A stretch of DNA of 22,064 bases from contig DAIPJR010000004.1 of assembly GCA_036770165.1 (NCBI GenBank), positions 1 through 22,064 of the forward strand, written 5' to 3'. The notes under the pieces were generated by a model that worked only from the letters and a program-made list of their open reading frames with translations, had not been told where the DNA came from and searched no databases. The position numbers were made by a program, and so were the translations under genes. Shown piece after piece: positions 16,100 to 22,064 of the stretch (its first letter is position 1; the number at the start of each line of letters is the position of its first letter). The DNA is from Actinomycetes bacterium (lineage in GTDB: Bacteria > Actinomycetota > Actinomycetes > Prado026).

Positions 16100-18364
16100 G
16101 GCGAGGCCCCTGCCGAGGGGCAGGTAGTGGTGGGCGTGGCCCTCGACGTGAACGCGCGGCACCAGCCGCTCGAACGCCGACGGCAGCCACCAGTTGCGCG
16201 CACCGAGGAGGTGCATGACCGCCGGTACGAGCAGCATCCGGACCACAGTCGCATCGATGAGGATCGCCGCTGCCATGCCGATGCCGATCACCTTGAGCAC
16301 GACCATCTGGCTCGGGATGAACGCCGCGAACACGGCGATCATGATGGCGGCCGCGGCAGTGATGACTCGGGCGGTGCCGGCCAGCCCCTGCACGATCGCC
16401 GTGGCGTTGTCGCCCGTACGCAGCCAGGACTCCCTCATCCGGGCCACGAGGAACACCTCGTAGTCCATCGAGAGGCCGAAGAGGACCGCGAACATCAGTA
16501 CGGGTACGAAGGCCGGAAGCGGTGTCGGGTTGTCGATGCCGAACAGCCGGCCGAACCACCCGCCCTGGAGGACCAGGGCCACGACGCCGTAGGCAGCCGC
16601 GACCGACAGCAGGTTCATGGCGGCTGCCTTGACAGCGACCACGACGCTGCGGAACGCGACGAGCAGCAGCAGCATCGAGAGCAGCACGACACCACCGATG
16701 AGCAACGGGATCCGCTTGACGATGTTGCTCGTGCTGTCGATCGCGGTCGCGGTGACGCCGCCGACGTGCACGGTGAGGCCGGTTCCCGATGTCGCCGCCG
16801 GGAGGACGGAGTCGCGCAGGTGCCGGACGAGGTCCTCCGTGGCCGGGTTCTGCGGCCCGGTCGTCGGGAGCACCGTGAACACCGCGGTGTCTCCGGCCGG
16901 GTTGAGCCGCGGCGGGGTGACTGCGGCGACGCCGGGCACGTGGCCGAGCGAGCCGACCAGCCGGGTGACGGCGGTCTCCGCGGTCCCGGGAGCCAGCTCG
17001 GCCACGACGAGCAGCGGACCGTTCGCGCCGGGGCCGAACGCCTGCGCTGTCAACGTGTATGCCGTGCGCCCCGAGGTGCCGAGCGCGTCGTTTCCGGCGT
17101 CGGGGAAGCCGAAGCGGGTACCGAGGAACGGCGACGCGAGCAGCAGGAGCGTCGCCACGCCGACCAGCGTCGCTGCCACCCGGTGCCGCTGAACGTACCG
17201 GCTCCATCGCATCCAGCCACGACCTGCCGCGGCGCCGGCTGGAGCCACCTGCGAGGCGGCGGCGCTCGCAGTGCGACGCCGGCGCGGCAGAGGGATGCGC
17301 AGGCGGTCGATGCGTGGGCCCAGGTAGCCGAGCAGCGCCGGGAACAGCGTCATGGCGGCGAGCAGCACGACGACCACAGCGGCGATCGTGACGACCGCGG
17401 CGCCGCGCATGAACGACAGCCCCATCGCGAACAGGCCGAGCATGCTGACCACGACCGTGCTGCCGGCGAGAAGGACCGCCCGCCCGGCCGTGTCCAGCGT
17501 CGCGACGGTCGCCGTCTCCGGGTCGAGGCCCTCGGCCCGCCACTCGCGGAAGCGGGTGACCATGAGCAGGGCGTAGTCGATGCCGACGCCGAGGCCGATC
17601 ATCGTTGCGAGCGAGGTCGCCCAGTCGGGTACGGGCATGACGGCCGCGATGAGTCCGGTGAGACCCGAGCTGACGCCGAGCCCGGCGAGTGCCACGAAGA
17701 GCGGCAGCCCGGCGGCCACGACCGTGCCGAACGTGATCAGCAGGATGAGCGCCGCTGCCAGCAGGCCGAGGCCCTCGGAGCCGATCTGGCCCTGCTGCGC
17801 CGCCTCGACGGTCTGCCCGCCGAGGGCGACCTGCAGGCCGGCGTGCTGCGCCGCGTCGGCGATCGACATGAGCTTCTCCGTGGCGGGTACCGGCATGTCC
17901 GCCGGGTTGGTGACGTCGAGCCGGAGCGTGGCCAGCGCCGTCGTCCCGTCGGTCGAGATCGACCCCGGGGTCGTGTACGGGTCGAGCACGCCGGCCACGT
18001 GCGGCTGCTGCCCCAGCGTGGCGAGCAGGGACTCGACCCGGGCCTTCGTCGCCGCTGCGCTGATCGAGCCGGAGCTGTGCGCGACCACGGAGATCGTGTC
18101 GCCGGACTGCGCCGGGAACCGCTGCAACAGCAGGGACTGCGCCTGCTGGGAGTCCGAGCCGGGCGCGGTGTAGTCGGCGCTGAACGTCCCGGCGAAGGCC
18201 GTCGACAGGCCGCTGACGAGGACGAGCGCCGCGACCCAGACGGCGACGGTGCGACCGCGCCGGCGGTAGGTCAGCCGCGCCAGCCGGCCGAGCGGCCCCG
18301 GGGTCGGCGGCGGCGAGCCGGCTGCGTCCTGGTGAGGGGTCGAGACCGTGGCGGTCTGGGTCAT
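16073..18364 (-). CDS. MMPL-family (RND superfamily) membrane transporter
   Basis: ATG at 18364 with RBS AAGGAG 6 nt upstream. Two blocks of multiple TM helices separated by soluble loops, the typical MmpL architecture. The ORF-track start at 18442 adds only Arg-rich junk. Confidence 0.8.
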   Translation of the reverse strand: MTQTATVSTPHQDAAGSPPPTPGPLGRLARLTYRRRGRTVAVWVAALVLVSGLSTAFAGTFSADYTAPGSDSQQAQSLLLQRFPAQSGDTISVVAHSSGSISAAATKARVESLLATLGQQPHVAGVLDPYTTPGSISTDGTTALATLRLDVTNPADMPVPATEKLMSIADAAQHAGLQVALGGQTVEAAQQGQIGSEGLGLLAAALILLITFGTVVAAGLPLFVALAGLGVSSGLTGLIAAVMPVPDWATSLATMIGLGVGIDYALLMVTRFREWRAEGLDPETATVATLDTAGRAVLLAGSTVVVSMLGLFAMGLSFMRGAAVVTIAAVVVVLLAAMTLFPALLGYLGPRIDRLRIPLPRRRRTASAAASQVAPAGAAAGRGWMRWSRYVQRHRVAATLVGVATLLLLASPFLGTRFGFPDAGNDALGTSGRTAYTLTAQAFGPGANGPLLVVAELAPGTAETAVTRLVGSLGHVPGVAAVTPPRLNPAGDTAVFTVLPTTGPQNPATEDLVRHLRDSVLPAATSGTGLTVHVGGVTATAIDSTSNIVKRIPLLIGGVVLLSMLLLLVAFRSVVVAVKAAAMNLLSVAAAYGVVALVLQGGWFGRLFGIDNPTPLPAFVPVLMFAVLFGLSMDYEVFLVARMRESWLRTGDNATAIVQGLAGTARVITAAAAIMIAVFAAFIPSQMVVLKVIGIGMAAAILIDATVVRMLLVPAVMHLLGARNWWLPSAFERLVPRVHVEGHAHHYLPLGRGLASDLVVVEA

Positions 18365-18447
18365 GACGGCTCCTTGCCGAGGTGATGGACCATGACGTGA
18401 GTGATGAGGCATAACCAAACCGCACCGACCAGGTTCTGTCAAGGGGC

Positions 18448-18461
18448 TTCACTTGAGTGAA
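18448..18461. promoter_or_regulatory. Inverted repeat TTCACT-TG-AGTGAA in the TetR/MMPL divergent intergenic region (candidate TetR operator)
   Basis: Two perfect 6-bp arms around a 2-bp spacer, 20 nt upstream of the TetR ATG. The position fits an autoregulatory or transporter operator. Confidence 0.35.
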
Positions 18462-18480
18462 TGTGCGTTACTCTTGGCGC

Positions 18481-19203
18481 ATGGACACGGCTACCGCCCC
18501 GTCGCGCCGAGAGCGCGCCCGGGCCGCGACGATGGCAGAGATCAAGCAGACGGCGCTCGAGCTGATGCGCGAGCAGGGCCACACCGACGTCCGGTTCAGC
18601 GACATCGCGCGGGCGATGGGGCTCACCCCGCCCGCGCTGTACCGCTACTACGCCGACCGCGACGAGCTGTTGACCGAACTGATCACCGACGCCTACCGCG
18701 ACCTCGCCGATGCCCTCGTCGCACCGGTCCACCCGCAGGTGTCCCTCGACCCGCAGGCGCACCTGCTGCTGGTCGCCTCCGCCTACCGCGCGTGGGCGCG
18801 TGGCGAGCCGCACAAGTTCGCGCTGATCTTCGGGCCGCCCGTGCCCGGCTACGCCGCGCCCGAGGAGGGGCCGACCGTCGAGGCGGCGCAGGGTGCGATG
18901 GCCAACCTTGCCGCCGTCGTGCATCGGGCCGCCGCGCAGGGCGCCCTCGGCGACCCGATCGTCGCCGACGTCGATCCCGACACCTGGACCAGCCTGACGT
19001 CCGAGGAGAAGTCGGGGTCGGTCGGGGGCGACCTGCCGGTCGCGACCCACCAGGCGATGCTGCACGCATGGGCGGCGCTGCACGGGTTCGTGTGCCTGGA
19101 GGCGTACGGCCACTTCGACTGGTTCCCGGTCGAGGCGCGCGACGGGCTCTTCCGTACGCAGGTGCGTCTGGCCGGTCTCGCGATCGGCTTCCGCGACGCC
19201 TAA
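18481..19203 (+). CDS. TetR-family transcriptional regulator
   Basis: N-terminal HTH (RARAATMAEIKQTALELMREQGHTDVRFSDIARAMGLTPPALYRYYADRDELL) followed by a helical ligand-binding domain. Divergent from the MMPL transporter. Confidence 0.85.
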   Translation: MDTATAPSRRERARAATMAEIKQTALELMREQGHTDVRFSDIARAMGLTPPALYRYYADRDELLTELITDAYRDLADALVAPVHPQVSLDPQAHLLLVASAYRAWARGEPHKFALIFGPPVPGYAAPEEGPTVEAAQGAMANLAAVVHRAAAQGALGDPIVADVDPDTWTSLTSEEKSGSVGGDLPVATHQAMLHAWAALHGFVCLEAYGHFDWFPVEARDGLFRTQVRLAGLAIGFRDA

Positions 19204-19312
19204 GCAAACGCTTATCTGACCATTGCCACGCCTTGGGGGCCCCGAGCATCATGAGCCCCGCATCACCGGCGACGGCGCCCGACGGCTCTGTCCAAGGGGA
19301 GGGGCGTGCGGC

Positions 19313-19546
19313 ATGGCGGTCGAGTCGAGCGGGCACAGTCACGGGAACCCGCGGCTGTACGAGCTGATCGAGAACGCGCCGAAGACCGGCAAGAGTCCCA
19401 CCGTGTGGGCATGGCCCGAGCTGATCGACTTCCTGAAGATCGCCGGCCAGCCCGTGCAGGGGCCATGGCCGCCGCACCAGCAGCCGCGTCCCGATCCCGA
19501 GGACGACTCGATGCCGGTCGCGGTGCCCGACCCGCACCAACCCTGA
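19313..19546 (+). CDS. Small hypothetical protein (77 aa) with a Pro-rich C-terminus
   Basis: RBS GGGGAGGGG before the ATG at 19313. The protein (LYELIENAPKTGKSPTVWAWPELIDFLKIAG) has Lys/Phe/Ile content not expected from a chance ORF in GC-rich DNA. No family recognised. Confidence 0.4.
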   Translation: MAVESSGHSHGNPRLYELIENAPKTGKSPTVWAWPELIDFLKIAGQPVQGPWPPHQQPRPDPEDDSMPVAVPDPHQP

Positions 19547-19584
19547 CCGGCTGTTCTCCCCGTACCCGCTCAGAGGAGGCTCGC

Positions 19585-20460
19585 GTGTATCCGTCTCGGT
19601 TCCGCTACGAGGCTCCACACTCGCTCGACGAGGCGATCGACCTGATGTCGCGCGGCGGCGGCGAGGCGAAGGTGCTGGCCGGTGGTCAGAGCCTCGTGCC
19701 GCTGCTGAAGCTGCGGTTCGCCGCCCCAGAGGTCCTCGTGGACATCAACAACATCCCGGGCCTCGGCCACCACCGCGCAGAGGCGGACGGCACCATCCGC
19801 GTCGGCGCGCTCTGCCGGCACGCCGACCTGGAGCGGTCGGCCATCCTCACCGATCGGCAGCCGACGATGGCGGCGGCCGCGCCGCTGATCGCCGACCCGA
19901 TCGTCCGGAACCGCGGCACCCTGGTCGGCTCGCTCTGCCACGCCGACCCGCAGGGCGACTGGGCGTCGGTCATGACCGCGCTGGGCGGCCACGTCGTCGC
20001 GCAGGGGACCAAGGGGAAGCGCAACATCCCGGTCGCGCAGTTCGTCAGCGGCCCGTTCCAGAACGTCCTCGCGTACGACGAGATCGCGATCGAGGCCGTG
20101 GTCCCTGCGCCGAAGGGCACGCCGGCCGGCGGCTACCTCAAGCTGGAGCGCCGGGTCGGGGACTTCGCGACGGCAGGTGTTGCCATCGCGATCGAGACCT
20201 CTGGCGAGCTGGTCACCCGCGCGGGCATAGCGCTGACAGGTGTGGGCGGTTCGACGATCGAGGCTACGGAGGCCGGCCGTGCGCTGGTGGGGTCGGCGCT
20301 CTCGATGGCTTCGATCGAACGGGCTGCGGACCTCGCCGCTGAGGCCGCGCGGCCGAGGACCGACCACCGCGGCAGCGCCGAGTACAAACGGCACATCGTC
20401 CGCACGTTCGTCGTACGCATCCTGACCCGGGTCAGCGAGTCCGCGGAGAGGGCGGCCTGA
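19585..20460 (+). CDS. coxM: Molybdoenzyme medium (FAD-binding) subunit, CoxM/CutB-like
   Basis: GTG start after the RBS GAGGAGG. Motifs [23 protein letters not shown] and SAEYKRH. About 291 aa. The ORF-track N-terminal extension is spurious. Confidence 0.8.
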   Translation: MYPSRFRYEAPHSLDEAIDLMSRGGGEAKVLAGGQSLVPLLKLRFAAPEVLVDINNIPGLGHHRAEADGTIRVGALCRHADLERSAILTDRQPTMAAAAPLIADPIVRNRGTLVGSLCHADPQGDWASVMTALGGHVVAQGTKGKRNIPVAQFVSGPFQNVLAYDEIAIEAVVPAPKGTPAGGYLKLERRVGDFATAGVAIAIETSGELVTRAGIALTGVGGSTIEATEAGRALVGSALSMASIERAADLAAEAARPRTDHRGSAEYKRHIVRTFVVRILTRVSESAERAA

Positions 20461-20461
20461 C

Positions 20462-20992
20462 ATGAGCAGCCTGTACGAGGAGATCAGACCTGACCCGGGC
20501 AGCGACGTCCCGACCCGCCGCGTCACGATCACCGTGAACGGCGAGAAGCGGACGGCGGAGATCGAGCCGCGCCTGCTGCTCGCCCACCTGATCCGGCAGG
20601 GGTTCCGCCTGACCGGCACGCACACCGGGTGCGACACCTCCAACTGCGGGGCGTGCACCGTGCTCTTCGACGGCAAGCCGATCAAGAGCTGCACGATGCT
20701 CGCGGTGCAGGCCGACGGGCACGACGTCACCACGGTGGAGGGCCTCGCCACGGCGAGCGAGCTGCACCCGGTGCAGGAGGGGTTCAAGGACGAGCACGGG
20801 CTCCAGTGCGGGTTCTGCACTCCAGGGATGATGCTGACCGCCAAGGCCCTGCTCGACGAGAACCCCGACCCGACCGAGGACGAGGTGCGCTGGGCGCTGT
20901 CCGGCAACCTGTGCCGCTGCACCGGCTACCAGAACATCGTGAAGTCGGTGCTGTGGGCGGCCGAGAAGCTCCGGTCCGAGTCCGCAGGCTGA
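20462..20992 (+). CDS. coxS: Molybdoenzyme small (2Fe-2S) subunit, CoxS/CutC-like
   Basis: Cys clusters [16 protein letters not shown] and CRCTGY. The start lies immediately after the coxM stop (TGAcATG). Confidence 0.88.
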   Translation: MSSLYEEIRPDPGSDVPTRRVTITVNGEKRTAEIEPRLLLAHLIRQGFRLTGTHTGCDTSNCGACTVLFDGKPIKSCTMLAVQADGHDVTTVEGLATASELHPVQEGFKDEHGLQCGFCTPGMMLTAKALLDENPDPTEDEVRWALSGNLCRCTGYQNIVKSVLWAAEKLRSESAG

Positions 20993-21018
20993 GCGCTAGA
21001 TCAGAGGGAGCTACCGAC

Positions 21019-22064
21019 GTGACGCAGGCACTGGACGAGATCAAGATCGGCGGGATGGGCGCGAGCCGCAAGCGGGTCGAGGACAACCGGTTCATCCGCG
21101 GCAAGGGCAACTACGTCGACGACATCGTGCTGCCCGGCATGCTGCACATGGAGATCCTGCGCAGCCCGCTCGCACACGCCCGGATCAAGTCGATCGACGC
21201 CAGCAAGGCGTGGGAGATCCCCGGGGTCCGTCTCGTGCTCACCGGGGAGATGATGGCGACCCGCAACCTGGCGTGGATGCCGACGCTCTCGTACGACACG
21301 CAGGCCGTGCTGGCCACCGACAAGGTGCGGTTCCAGGGCCAGGAGGTCGCCTGCGTCATCGCCGACGACCCGTACATCGCGAAGGACGCGTGCGAGGCGA
21401 TCGTCGTCGACTACGAGCCGCTCCCGGTGATCGTCAACCCGATGCAGGCGATGGCCGAGGGCGCGCCGCTGATCCGGGACGACAAGGAGAACCAGCACGA
21501 CAACGTCGTCTACGACTGGGAGGTCGGCGACCGAGCGGGCACCGACCGGGCGTTCGCCGAGGCGGACGTCATCTCCAAGCTGGACCTGCACTACCCGCGG
21601 TCGCACCCGTCGCCGCTGGAGTGCTGCGGCTCGATCGCCGACTACAACCGGTCCACGTCGAAGCTGACCGTCTACATGACCTCGCAGGCGCCGCACATCA
21701 TCCGCGCCGCGGTCTCGCTGGTCGCGGAGATCCCCGAGCACATGATCCGGATCGTGTCCCCGGACCTCGGTGGCGGCTTCGGCAACAAGGTCCCGGTCTA
21801 CCCGGGGTACGTGATGTCGATCCTCGCCTCGATCCTGCTCGAGCGGCCGGTGAAGTGGATCGAGGACAAGTCCGGCAACCTGATCTCCACCGGTTTCGGC
21901 CGCGACGTCTACCTGCATGGCGAGATGGCGCTGCGCAGGGACGGCAAGATCCTCGGCGTGCGCATGCACACCGACGCCGACCACGGTGCGTTCTTCAGCG
22001 ACGCGCAGCCGAGCAAGTTCAAGATCGGCCTGATGCACTCCACGTTCGCCTGCTACGACATCCC
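21019..22064 (+). CDS. coxL: Molybdoenzyme large (molybdopterin) subunit, CoxL-like; 3' end lies outside the window
   Basis: GTG at 21019 after the RBS AGAGGGAG. N-terminus GASRKRVEDNRFIRGKGNYVDDIVLPGMLHMEILRSPLAHARI is typical of the CoxL/XdhA aldehyde-oxidase family. The active-site loop that distinguishes form I from form II lies beyond the window. Confidence 0.8.
   Translation, partial: MTQALDEIKIGGMGASRKRVEDNRFIRGKGNYVDDIVLPGMLHMEILRSPLAHARIKSIDASKAWEIPGVRLVLTGEMMATRNLAWMPTLSYDTQAVLATDKVRFQGQEVACVIADDPYIAKDACEAIVVDYEPLPVIVNPMQAMAEGAPLIRDDKENQHDNVVYDWEVGDRAGTDRAFAEADVISKLDLHYPRSHPSPLECCGSIADYNRSTSKLTVYMTSQAPHIIRAAVSLVAEIPEHMIRIVSPDLGGGFGNKVPVYPGYVMSILASILLERPVKWIEDKSGNLISTGFGRDVYLHGEMALRRDGKILGVRMHTDADHGAFFSDAQPSKFKIGLMHSTFACYDI

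Noticed and set aside
16127-18385. 752-aa plus-strand ORF antisense to the MMPL transporter
   Set aside because: Arg/Asp/Gly-rich with no recognisable domain. The minus strand encodes a coherent multi-TM transporter.
18437-18443. TGTCAAG half-site near the TetR start as a third XRE operator
   Set aside because: A single 7-mer half-site with no inverted partner could occur by chance in 22 kb. It is kept only as a remark in the TetR/MMPL finding.
21001-22038. 345-aa minus-strand ORF antisense to coxL
   Set aside because: Shadow ORF. The CoxL N-terminus on the plus strand is unambiguous.
1-22064. CRISPR arrays, tRNA or rRNA genes, transposases or integrases
   Set aside because: I saw no regularly spaced direct repeats, no tRNA-like cloverleaf motifs, and no IS or recombinase-like ORFs. 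The only repeats are the two-copy 40-nt hairpin element and the short tandem duplications at 12140-12199.

Overview
This 22-kb window is high-GC (roughly 70%+) actinobacterial DNA, and almost all of it is coding. It opens with a conserved housekeeping block, recR (3' end) - DUF5063-like protein - ask (aspartokinase, with an internal in-frame beta-subunit start) - asd, in the same order I recall from Streptomyces-type actinomycetes. A YciI/DGPF-like protein and an ECF42-type sigma factor with a long C-terminal extension follow, preceded by a TGTCGA-N17-CGTC promoter-like motif. A large covalent-FAD dimethylglycine/sarcosine-dehydrogenase-family gene lies convergent to the sigma factor. The middle third is an accessory-looking cluster of envelope and secreted proteins: a SIMPL-domain protein, an MBL-fold hydrolase, a YVTN beta-propeller protein, a small lipoprotein, and a secreted protein built from about five internal repeats of roughly 40 aa. 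Next is a minus-strand operon reading XRE-type HTH regulator - four-TM membrane protein - short NfeD-like OB-fold protein - flotillin/SPFH protein. Its divergent partner is an unusual single ORF that fuses an LLM (luciferase-like) flavin oxidoreductase to a hemerythrin-like domain. Two operator-like 7-4-7 inverted repeats (TGTCAAG-N4-CTTGACA) sit in that divergent promoter; one is a perfect 20-bp palindrome centred on the regulator's ATG. A roughly 40-nt hairpin-forming repeat occurs twice, with an identical 21-mer core: once between the SIMPL and dehydrogenase genes, and once in frame inside the linker of the LLM-hemerythrin fusion. The window ends with a divergent TetR/MMPL-transporter pair, a small hypothetical ORF, and a coxM-coxS-coxL molybdoenzyme operon (coxL truncated). 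I found no rRNA, tRNA, CRISPR, transposase or integrase. All ORF pairs I flagged as antisense shadows (listed under noticed_but_rejected) were rejected in favour of the strand with a clear domain signature.
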